This document shows, one piece after another, positions 1 through 11,219 of a stretch of 64,000 bases of DNA. The notes below the pieces were generated by a model. It did not search any database. It was not told the origin of the DNA and saw only the letters and a program-made list of their open reading frames with translations. Source of the stretch: Lepidodermella squamata (taxonomy: Eukaryota > Animalia > Gastrotricha); NCBI GenBank assembly GCA_047495785.1, contig JBLDXI010000004.1, positions 992,001-1,056,000 of the forward strand, given 5' to 3'. The number at the start of each line of letters is the position of its first letter. Within the stretch, counting starts at the first letter, position 1. The position numbers and the translations under genes are program-made.

Positions 1-478
1 AATACCGAAGTAGACGGGGAGGGTGAAGCCACGAACCTTGCACGTGAACATCGATGCGAAGCTTGCACCAACTTTGGGTCTTAATTTTTTAAGAATTCGA
101 TTCGGTTATCTAATTTTCACTGGGTTTACTCTTGATAACTTTTTAGTTGAATGTAACAAGCTTTGCTGAGATTGAATATTATTTTCATCATTATTCCTGA
201 ACCGTAGCGTAATCACAACCATTCTCTAAATCATCTCATCAATTACTAGTAGTAGTGGTTGTGAATGAAAAAAATACGAGAGGTCAAGCGCTCGCACGAT
301 CTCAATCTTGAAGTGCTGAGATAAAAAACATGGATCTGTAAAGATCAAAGATGAAGAGATCACGGCGCGCCACGGTCCAACTAAAAAATAGGAAAAGCCG
401 TGAGCAGCGTTACAATTTTGTTGCTAACGTAAACAAATTTTTCATGTAAATTAAAAATTATCATGTAAATAATTTTAA

Positions 479-973
479 CGAAGTGCGCTTTCATACATAT
501 TTATGTATGAAATTTTTCCCTTTCATACATATTTATGTATGACAAAATTAACTTTCATACATATTTTTTTTCATAAAATCGTGTTTTTTAGCCAAACTGT
601 GATTAGGAATTGGAGTTGGGGGTTAGGGTTAGGTGCCAGGGTTCGGGTTAGGGTTAGGGTTAGGTTTAGGTTTTGGTTAGGGTTCAGGGTTAAGGTTTAG
701 GGTTAGGGTAGTTCGAGTTTCGGGTTTCTACAAAGTTCGATTTTTGGGCCCTTGCGCTTCCCCAATAACCATTTTCATGCGGAAAAAATTGACTACGCTT
801 TCGGAACCCCGTTTTTCCTTCACATAAACCGAAATCTAGTCATCTGGCATTTCCCTAATGTTTTCAGCTCGAATTTAATGAAAATAAATATGTATGAAAG
901 TTAATTTTGTCATACATAAATATGTATGAAAGGTAAAAATTTCATACATATTTATGTATGAAAGTTGGCACCC
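479..973. mobile_element. Non-autonomous MULE-type foldback element with internal telomere-like repeats
   Basis: ~90-bp TIRs built of palindromic TTTCATACATATTTATGTATGAAA units (~488-563 vs ~889-964); 9-bp direct repeat TAATTTTAA on both sides (470-478, 974-982), the TSD length typical of Mutator. Confidence 0.75.
620..710 (+). repeat. Degenerate (TTAGGG)n interstitial telomere-like tract
   Basis: GGGTTAGGGTTAGG...GGGTTAGGGTTAGGGTTAGGTTTAGG read directly. Confidence 0.85.
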
Positions 974-2304
974 TAATTTTAATTTACATGAAAAATAATT
1001 TTTTAACAAATAAAATCAACGGGATCCAAAAATAGTTGCTAGTGCGAGGGATTGCTCTTATCGGGGTTGCTTATATCGAGGGAGCACTGTAATGAGGAAA
1101 TTGTGGATTCACTGGCTCCACTAAGTTCATATCCTCTAAATATGCATATCCGCTTAGTATCGTCGTGGAAACGGCGGCAAAGCATTATTCAGCAAAGCAT
1201 TATTAGCGCTATTCATGGGTTCGTTAGAGAGAGATTTTTAAAGGCGCTGAACACTGAACAATATTCCGTAAAAAAACCAGGGGTCATCATTTTTGGTGAG
1301 CACCCCGATGATCCATCAGACGTTTTCAAACTGTTCAAACGGTTAATTTTGGTTATCCAATAAGCTTCAATAAACCCCTGTCGTCAAAGCCCTGGCACCC
1401 AGAAAGTTTCGGGAAAATTAGTAAATTAAAGTTTCCGGCAAATGCTGGCACCTTTAGCAGCGCCTTAGCTCCTCTACTTGCCAAAATGATCATTAGCGAT
1501 TTCAGTGATCAAGTATGAACAATTGGGTAGAGCGTACAAGTAAAATGATCTGAAACCTGAAATCAAATTAAACATTGCAAGATTATATCAACATTGTCAC
1601 CTTAATTGTCTCAATTTCATCTTGAGTCATTCAACCGGATCATTATTCCCGCTCGGTCAAATGCTAACGTTTTCTCAAGACATTCTCTCCCTCGATATGC
1701 CGGTTATCTTTTTTTCGATATCAGCCCAATCATTAGTGGTTAATTGGAAGTGGCAAGGTAATATCCATTTTTACCTGCAGTTTAAATATAGAAATTGATA
1801 AAAGTTTGCGATCAATGGAATGCGGAAATTTGTGTGCGTTCATTCGAAGCAACAAAGAAAGGACAATATGACTTGATTGCAATATCACCGCGCTTAATAC
1901 GCCATGTCAATATTAAGTTGCGTCAAAAACATTTAATTTGAAAAACCACCCGCTATTTGGCATTAAGTGAAATCGATCAAATGTCGCCTCATTGAGCGCA
2001 AATTAAAGGAAAATGTTTGTGACAGTGAAGACTTGCAAGATATCCCTCGGGCGTTTAAAGCGCTAAATGGATTATTTGTACCTTGTACTTGTGTACTTCT
2101 TCGTAACCTTGCCGTAAGCTGTTGTGCTGAATGTGATTTATGCCCATGATTTACAACCTCTAGTGAAAAAGCGTGAATTCGGGCCGTATAAATTATTAAT
2201 CAATAGGGGTCCGATTTCGTCTTCCTTCTAGGAATAGCAGATCTAAATCCATGTGTGCGTTTTCGACAACAAAAATCTTTCGCGCATTTTTTTACCTTTT
2301 TTCG

Positions 2305-2725
2305 ACTCGAGTTGTCGCGTCATTTTAGAAACCGACACAATGTTTTGAATTTTTCAGAGCAATTCAGAATTAGCTGCGACAACTCAGAACGCGACTACTC
2401 AGAAATTTATCGGGCTATTATTCTGAGCGACAATTCAGAAACCGGCCCAGCAATTCAGAATGTGATAATTCAGGAAATGTTGAGACGTGAGCATGCCCCT
2501 TCGACATGTCTTGCTCGGCCTGGGCAGTGCTGAAATGATCGGCTGCAAGTTCACATTAAAAGTAGTAAATAACAATTCTGGAATTATCGCATTCTGAATT
2601 GTCGCTAAGAAAAATAGCCCGCTAATTTTCTGAGTAGTCGCGTTCTGAGTTGCCGCAGCTAATTCTGAATTGCTCTGAAAAATTCAAAACATTGTGTCGG
2701 TTCCTAAAATGACGCGACAACTCAG
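2305..2725. repeat. Foldback inverted repeat with recurrent TCAGAA/TTCTGA subunits
   Basis: 2309-2470 is largely the reverse complement of 2575-2725; ORFs 2255(+) and 2622(-) share the same peptide for this reason. Confidence 0.8.
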
Positions 2726-2965
2726 AGCAAAAGTTTAGAGTTGTCGGTTTCTGACTTGTACGCTCTGAATTGTCGATTTCTGGGCTGTCTGTTCTGAATT
2801 GTGTTTCAGGAAAGTGTTTCAGGAAATTCAAAAAATCACGTCGTTAGCGTCATAGAATAACTCGGGTTGGGGCTTGTTAGTCTAGAACGATTTCCGACAA
2901 TGCCTCTTTATTCTTTTAGAGAACATATTTTCAATTTTTGCGGCGACAAAAAGTGACCCTGTGAC

Positions 2966-4933
2966 ATGACTGGTGTCAATCAAGAAGAAGAATGTATAGC
3001 AGTCGAAGCTACTTCTGGGCCTGGTGCTACTAGCAATATAATGGTCGTTCAAACCTCAACGCTGTCTGACTCTGACTTCGTTCTCTGCAAAGTATGAATC
3101 AAATGTTTTTCGCTTTGTATTTCAACATTGTCTGGCATTGTCTTCATTTTATGACGAATTAGGTGTGCAATCAGCGCACTCTGAACCGCATCCGATGTGA
3201 CGTTTTGGCATGTGAAGCTTGCAAGGTATACATCTATTTATATGTTTCCTATAAAGTCCCTATTAAATAAAGAAGAGTCATTCGCAATGGTTGATTTCAC
3301 CCACATTTTCTGCATAATACAATTTGACCCTTGAAAGTTGTCCTAATCTCCGAGGGAAATTAATGGTGACGTCAACTTACAATGTTCCAACCATTAATAT
3401 TCAATACCTCAGAATCAAGAAAAATTAAAATAATTATAGTTTACCCTGCTTAATTAATTGTTAAAAGTTAATTGTTTCTCCTCAGAAGTTTTATCAACGA
3501 AATCGCGAAAATGCCAACTTGCGTTGCGCCTCCGGAACTTTCGACTGTCTCCTATCCGAGGACCAATCTGCCTTGACGAGTTCAGGAACCGTTTGGCGGC
3601 TAGTTTGCCCTCGATGCCGCATGGCGAAATGTCTCGAGGTTGGCATGCGAATTCTCGGCCGGAAACCGAGTAAAACTTCCGTTGCTGGATCCGCGAAATC
3701 GAACCAAACTAAGCCTTTGACCCTGAACCGATCGGCTTCGAGCAACGATCGGTCGAAAGAGTCATCGAGCAATATCGACTCTTTCGACTCTACGACTCGA
3801 TCGTCGTCAAGTGTACCTCGTAACTTGAATGAGAGCAGTGAAAGCCGTAGATCGTCGGCTGATACAAAGCAAGCCGTTAGTCGTCAGGGTAGTCGAAACA
3901 AAAACAGCCCGGATTCGCTACCAATTGGGTTGAATTTCGAACAGCTCTCACCGGCTCATCAAAGCCTGTTGCAGACTATAGCGGCTGGCTCGAGTGGCGT
4001 ATCGGCATCGAATTCGAAGTCTGGTTCGAATCTTGCCGCCAAACCGCCGACGCCGCTTGCTTTAGCGAATAAGCTACCGATTCGACCCATTGCCATGGCA
4101 CCGCCGCCGCCTAACGCAGCCTGGCTATCGGCGATGATGCAGCAAAGTACGCCGCTGCCTTATTCATCTTTACTATTGGCGCCGAGGTGCCCGATAAGGT
4201 TGGAAGGAGCCAGACAGGAAGAAATGCTGAAGCTCACTGTTCAGGCTGCTCGCGAACTTTCACAACGCTATGAATCGGTATTAAAAATGTTTGCTGCCAT
4301 TCGAAAACACCCCATTAATTTGTAAAACACTGTTTTTGAAGCTTCATAGCTTCATTTATGAATGAAGTTACGGCCTGGCAGGGTACGATGCGTCATTACA
4401 CCGAGGCACGATCGGTGATGAGCTTCGCCCATCAGCTGCCAGATTTCGATCAACTGAGCGCCGAAGACCGGTGTATTCTTTACTCCCAGGCGGTATCACC
4501 GCTGACTGTCGCGCAAAATCTTCAGTCGCCGGCGCCCTTCGGCATGAATTCAATAAATGCTACCAATTTCATACAGTTATTCCCTGAATTCTCAGTTAGC
4601 ACGCTTCCTGATTACCTAGAAAAAATGCAAATTTATATGCAACTGAGAATAATTGAATAATATCCTTTTCTTCTAGTATTCCGCCCCTGAATCGGCGGCT
4701 ATCAGCCAAACTCTGAACGATTGGAACTCTTCAGCTGCCGAATACAGCCTGCTGATGGCACTGCTTTTGTACAACAGTCGGGTTTTGAATAAATTATCGA
4801 TTTGAAGTTTCAACTCTGTGAAGCACGCTGGCTCAATTGGGTCGCTGAGCAACTGTTTATCTGAGATAATCAAGATCGAGTTCCCCCTCGGCCGCGTGGT
4901 GGTTTACCAATCACTAATTCGGGTTACAAAATA
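2966..4933 (+). CDS. Divergent nuclear hormone receptor (C4 zinc-finger DBD + LBD), multi-exon
   Basis: Predicted exons 2966-3091, 3163-3225, 3486-~4277 give CK|VCNQRTLNRIRCDVLACEACK|KFYQR...CASGTFDC...CPRCRMAKCLEVGM; LBD signature FAHQLPDFDQLSAEDRCILY at ~4420-4480; 3' exon boundaries approximate. Confidence 0.85.
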
Positions 4934-5119
4934 GAACATTGGGAGGCTGGGAGAGTAAGACTTCACCATTCAAATCCCGTCATACGGAAATGTTCACCCT
5001 CTTGCGATAAGACTTAGGACTAGATTATGCGGCATGTCCTCCAGATCAGTATTCGCCCAGGCGTAAAAATATAGGCCCTGATTAGATCAAAATTTGCTAT
5101 TAATAGGAAATAATTTCAA

Positions 5120-7309
5120 GTGCTAAGTTTTAACCATACTACAGCACCTCCGCCTCGCAAAAATCAGCCGAGTGGTGATGAAGTGGTTGTTAAGCGGAAA
5201 CGCGGAAGGCCACCTAAGGTCAAAGAGCAGGTAGCTGAGGATAAGCCGAAGAAGCGCGGCCGCCCGCCCTTGAGATCACAGCAGCCCGCAGAGAGCGAGG
5301 CAACGCCGCCACCCTCGCCTCACGTCGCCTCACCTGGGCTTGAGTCTCTTGAGTCACCCCCAGCACTTGAACCACAACCTTCGCCGCTCGCATTACCGCT
5401 CTCAGCACCGGATATAGTAATATCTCCTGCGTCACCCAGGTCTAAGAAGGCTAAGACTAAAATAACTGTTCCTAAGGCCTCTTCAACTGCAGCGCGTCCG
5501 CGGTTATTACTGTCGAGGAAGGCGAGGCTGGTATCATCGCGCCGTCTCCAATTGCGCTCTCTAATTCACCGGCGGTTTCTAGCATAATTAGCCCAACTAC
5601 GCTATTATGTCGGTATAAACAAGCCCTCGCTGAAAATGAACAACTAAAAAGGCAACTAGATGACACTTGGCCCTGATGATGAGGAGAAGCGAGGTGACAC
5701 CTTCACTGACATGTCGTTCGCGCCAACAACCGCAAAAATTGTGCGTTATAAATGGAAGGACTCGATTGTTACTATTTACGATGGAGTCAAGTACCAGGAA
5801 GACAAGCGAAAAAACGGCTCTGTTTATCACCGTTGCTGGTGCTCTCGTACCCAAGATTGCCATGTCAAAGCTATAAATGTCCCCGAAATGCCAGAAGATT
5901 ATGTCGATGGCCCTGTAACCTTTGATGGCGAGCTCATGACTTCGGGTGAATATTAATGAAAATAACAACGAACAAAAATTAATTTCGAGACTATTTTTTA
6001 AGGTGGTGATCACACGCATCCTCGCTGCTACGAGAAATGGGAAATTGAGATCGCGGAAGCCGAGTTCAGGCAGCGAGTTAGGGAGCAGCCTGAGCTACCA
6101 CCGGCCCATCACCACGAGGCTGTTCGGAACGCGATCACCGATCCAACCTTGCGAAAACTGTTTCTGAAGTTCGAGTCGGTGAAAAATGCCGCATATCGGG
6201 TGAGAAACGAAAGTTGTGGCTACCCTCCCGAGCCGGAAAGTGTCGACCAACTCTTGGACATTTTCGCCGCCGCTATGGCTAAGACTACGACCGATGATCC
6301 GGATTTGGCTCGGTTCCAGATTGATCGCTTCGTTACTACACGTGATGGCCGGCCGTTTCTCTATGAAATGAAACGTAGTGCTGATGCCAGCTACGTTGTT
6401 CTGGCGACGAAAAACGGTTTTCGGCGGTTGGTGAGGGCGAAAAGATGGTTTCTGGACGGTACCTTTAAAACGGCGCCGGAGCATTTTTGCCAGATGTTCA
6501 GTATACATACGGTCGAGCACAGCATGGCGGCGCCGAACGTTTTCGTGCTGATGACCGGTGAATTGGCCCCGGATTATTCTCAAGTATTCAAAACGATATT
6601 CAAGGGTCTCGATGAGACTGGCGAATCGATGCTCTTCGAGGAAGCCACATGTGATTTTGAAACTGGACTCATAGCTGCTTTGAAGAAGCTAAAAGGGCGA
6701 AACGGCAAATACATCCGCATTATCGGATGTCATTTCCATTACAGGCGGGCACTTATCAAATGGCTGCGCAATCATGGGCTAATTAACTATTACCGACGCA
6801 ATTCGTCATTCCGAACATTGATACGGCGATTTATAGCTTTACCTTTCCTACCGCTAGCCGCAGTGCACTTGTGTTCCACCGCGCCGCAAATTTTGGCTGA
6901 ATTTGTTGAATATTACCGGAACACCTGGCTTGAGAAGTTCGAACCCGAGATTCGGAACGTTCATGGCCACGAAATTCGCACCAACAACTTGGTTGAGTCG
7001 TGGCATCACAAAATAAATTGCAAGCTGACCGCGCCTCATCCAAGTTTTTGGAAATTCGCCGAGCTCATGATCGGTGAGGTTGCATCGATTGACTCTAAGC
7101 TGTTGCAACAGGCCGGCGGCCAGAAATTGGGTCGAACAAAAATCGAGAAGAAAAATGAGGCCATCAGTTTCATCACCGCGCAGTATAACAGCTCAATGAA
7201 TATTCTTCAGGAGCAAAAATTGGACGCTTTAAGCCATTCTTTCCGCTTGCGGGCAATTACCATTGATTTCCTTGATGGCATCGGTGTTCACTTATGCGAC
7301 TTGATTTAA
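5120..7309 (+). pseudogene. MULE (Mutator-like) transposase with AT-hooks and FLYWCH/WRKY-like zinc finger, frameshifted
   Basis: KRGRPPK/KRGRPP AT-hooks; YHRCWCSRTQDC...GGDHTH across intron 5946-6002; core WFLDGTFK, CDFETGL, GCHFHY, RTNNLVESWH; apparent frameshifts near 5490 and 5660. Confidence 0.85.
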
Positions 7310-7382
7310 ATAAATCTTGTTGGCTATCTCTTCTTCGCCTTGTTTCAGGCGTGCGCGCGCTTTATTATTATTTATTTACTTA

Positions 7383-7474
7383 GTTGGGAGAATTGGTTGG
7401 GAGAGTGCGCGGTTGGGAAAAATTATTGGGAAAATGCGCGGTTGGGAGAAAAAGTTGGGAGATCGGGAACACCC
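7383..7474. repeat. Probable right TIR of the MULE (TTGGGAG/TTGGGAA subrepeats)
   Basis: Six TTGGGA units ending GATCGGGAACACC just after the transposase stop; no matching left TIR seen. Confidence 0.55.
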
Positions 7475-9359
7475 CGTGTTATCGCTCCTGGCTATCAAGG
7501 GCGATTAACATGCCAAATTCGAATTAGTTCGCACTGTCAAAGTCAAAATTCTGAAATTTCTAGAAACTGCTCATTAAATTTATGCGCATCGAATGCGCCC
7601 CACTGCGGCTTTTTTGGCCACCCTATATGTCTAATCAGCTCCGTCTAATTTCTAATCAGTCTAATCAGTCTCCGTGGTTAATCAGCTGTATCCGCACGAT
7701 CCAGCGGCTGTCGAAGCTGGAATGCGTCAATTATCACAAGTTGCCGATATAATTCGGTCAACTGTGCCAAATCGGCTCGAATCGTTTGAGTCGCTGCGAT
7801 CACGCCGACCAGACCTGTTACAAAAGGGCGTTGGCAATAAATTGTATAGTAATGTATACTCAAGCGGGGCTAGCCAGAGCATGAATAGGAGCGACAGCAC
7901 CAGCGATACGTTGAATATTAGCTTTGAATACAACGAGGAGTGGAACGTTGTCGATACTACTCAGGATGCGACAAACCCGACGTGCCGACCTTACGATATC
8001 GCAAAAAACAGCAACAGAAACCGATCACCGCCCCAGCCATCTCCCAACTCTGCGATGGCCAGGTGATCACAAATCCAAAGAGCGAAGTACTTCGTGGGAT
8101 GCTAGGGATCATCCCTACCAGTTCACTTGGTCCGTGCGGTGTACACGGCCAAAGATTAAGCAAGAGGACCCTAATGAACACTCGAACACGCAGAATCATT
8201 GAGAAGCAAGAGAAATACATCGAACCTATCGATATTTTCAGATTTTTTTTTTAATTTCGGGTATTTTTCCGTACTTCAATACAGAATATCGGGTGATTTG
8301 AAACTGACGCAGTGACGCGATTCGTTGCATAATTCATTTTAGGAGGATTTTGGCTACATTTCAGAATTATTATAATTTTTTATAATTTTTATAATTTATA
8401 ATCGATCATTTCTATTTACCAGGACCGAAGAATTGTATAGATCCCGTGCCAGCTAACGATGTGATCGCAAGATTAATGAAATTGCGATTACTTGATACCG
8501 CAAAATTTGAGTTTTAAACCGCCTCACAGTGAGTTGTTAACAGCGCCCATAAAAATTTCACACACAAATAAAAACTGCGCTCGCTTGAGTTTAAGTAAAA
8601 ATGACGACGCAACAACCGAAGTAATCATCATTGATAATTACGAAGTAGCTCGTGTAAATGCGACGGCTGAACATCAGTATATTTCACTATTACAATGTAC
8701 ATTCATCGATATCTGCAGTGGGTCGGGACCAGACCCTTGAAATTATCGAGTTAGACAGCTATCGACGGATTAGAGTTTTTTTTGCTGGAAACAGATGCGA
8801 GAATTGCGCTGAACTCAGCATGGTCGAATTACTTAAAAACCGTTGAAACAACAATAGGTCAGAAATTTTTTGCCCCTCCGGTGCTGTAGTACCCCCTTAG
8901 GGGAGATCTTGAGTCATCTTAGTCATCTCTCTGGATCTCTAACCATTACACCTGGAAGCTTCTAATATTGATTTTCAAATTCCCCGCACTTGATTTTGAT
9001 AGACAAACCGCGTGGTCATAGTGGATATGCGAGTTTATGAGCAAATACGAGGCAGCGCAGCAAAGCTCGAGACTCACGAGGCGTAGCCGAGTGAGTCGAG
9101 GGCTTAGCAACACTGAAACGAGACTCGCGAGGCGAAGACGAGAGAGTCAAGTTCATGTGGCAGCTGGCTTCCGAGTTTTTTGCTCGTCAACACGCATAAC
9201 ACGTGTGGACAGGCGGTTTGTGTATTTATTCCACGTTGTTGCTCATGTCCTGATTGTTTTCGCGTAGGTAATTGGTCTTTTTACCTATAATTTTGGTCCA
9301 TTTCCCTATTGAATTCAACCGAACTTGATGCAAAAATTGAGAAACAAATATAAATAAAA

Positions 9360-9867
9360 GACGTGCGCCACCAGGAATCGAACGTGTGAAGCTAACGTTA
9401 AAAGCATCAACAATCTTTCATGAGCCACAAACTATTATCAATTTCTTTTCTTAAATAGCCCTGAAATACCAAAATTGAGCATCTTGATTCTTGATTTATC
9501 CAGATCTGTAGTCTAGTGGTAGGAATGCTGCTTAGGTGACAGGTAATCATTGGTTCGATGCCTGGTGCGAGCTCTTTTTTATTTTTCGCATAGAGCGAAG
9601 TAGGACCGCGGAACTGATAGGGATAAGGAAAATCGACATAAGGGTCCCCCCTTTGGTCTTTTTCTGAGCTTACCTTGCGGACCGATGGAACTGGTAGGGA
9701 TGATCCCTACCATCCCTAGCGGTACTTCGCTCTCTTTTTCGCTTTGAAAACGGTTTTAAGCTTATAAGCCCCTTTTAGGATAAACATTTGTGCGTGTCGT
9801 CGTTGTCTAGTTGTTTAGCCTTGTGCTAAAAGGCAACGAGCATTGGGTTCAACGCCCGCTCACGTCA
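9360..9867. other. Three degenerate tRNA-like / SINE-head (Pol III A+B box) sequences
   Basis: Minus 9360-9430 (GTTCGATTCC), plus ~9505-9575 (TAGTCTAGTGG...GGTTCGATGCC then T-run), plus ~9792-9867 (TGTCTAGTTG...GGGTTCAACGCCC); none folds into a convincing cloverleaf. Confidence 0.5.
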
Positions 9868-10515
9868 TTACATTACATTACATTACATTACATCTTCTTT
9901 ATTTCGTTTAGAGCAAAAAGACAAGAAAGAAACCTGTACACATAACGAAATAAAATTCACTCCGGTGTACCCAGTATGGCTGAAGGATGATGGTGTTCCT
10001 CCAACCATACTGAGTGTCGGAGGAGGACCAACGTTAGTCGATCCTAAGTCAAGCCAAAATCAATGTATCTTGAAAATGATGAAAAATTCGATATTTTTGT
10101 TTGAAAAATGAGCGAGATGAATTCATAATTCAAAAATCAATCATCTGTGATATTTTTCAATTTCGTACGCCACTCACTTCTATTCTGAGCTAATATAGCG
10201 GCGTCTTCCCAATTCTCAATCTTAATTTTCTTCAACTGCCTTTTCATGCAGTCTGAGTAGCGCAGTTTGGGACGGCCCTGGGGTCTTTGCCACGAATCGT
10301 CTGGGGGGTCCCAATACCTAACCTGTTTCAATAGCGATTCCGAGTCTCTGCGCTCTACGTGTCCGTACCATCTTAATTGATTCCTAGCGACCTTTGTTGA
10401 TAATTTTTGCGTATTACATTTTCTCCTAATTGTTTCATTTCGGACCCTATCAGCCAGCCTAATTCCAGTAATGTTCCTGAGCCATTTCATCTGGCAGACA
10501 TCTAGCCTTCTTTCA
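9868..10515 (-). mobile_element. 5'-truncated non-LTR retrotransposon (RTE-like) 3' end
   Basis: ORF 10137-10490 with MKWLRNITGI..DRVRNETIR..QLRWYGHVER..RPQGRPKLRY; (TGTAA)n tail at ~9868-9893; 3'UTR hairpin ~9972-10012; 11-bp TSD CGCTCACGTCA (9857-9867, 10516-10526). Confidence 0.9.
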
Positions 10516-11219
10516 CGCTCACGTCACAAAAACAAAAAAACTTAAAACTTGGAATTAATTTTCCAAGTTCCAGGTCTGGGTATATGGCATATCCTAGCTA
10601 AATGGCTGGGATCAGATACGAGTAGTCCACAGGTTTGCGCCAGTGAGCACAGGTATATGTCAGAAACTGCCCTTATACAGCGTCCGAAAACAATCGGGAT
10701 ATGAGCAACAGTGGTATAAAGTAATGAAATGAACTTGTATAGAGCTTCACTCTGTTGGTCTCAAAAGACCTTCTTCCCCCATCAAAGCACACGATGATCT
10801 ATTTGATCACCCTAGCTTGCCATGCAAGCTCGTCAAATGACTTTGGGCAAATATGATCTCGAAAAAGGTTCATTTCTTTACTAAATCAACCTATCTGACC
10901 TATTGTTGTGTCAACGGTTTTTAAGTAATTCGACCATGCTGAGCTCAGCGCAATTTGCAGAATTACTCTATCTATCATACTTTTTGCGCTACAACATAGA
11001 GGAGGTCAGGCGACGCGGCGACCAGACTTGGCAACATTTCAAATTTCTCCCCGTAAATGCGTTACCATGGGAAATATTTTAAAAATTGTATGTAAATATA
11101 ATAATTCGAAGGATCTACGTCATTTAAGTAGAGACATTTCAGTACTCAACGTGTGAAGAATCAACTGTCCAATATGTAAAATTATGTAAACATATAATTA
11201 TATATAGCCCTAACATATA

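Noticed and set aside
620-710. True chromosome telomere
   Set aside because: Short, degenerate and enclosed by TIRs with a TSD.
7674-8254. Overlapping ORFs as a gene
   Set aside because: Coding-like composition but no recognisable motif and frame breaks; probably a repeat remnant.
9505-9575. Functional tRNA gene
   Set aside because: A and B boxes are present but the acceptor and anticodon stems do not pair.
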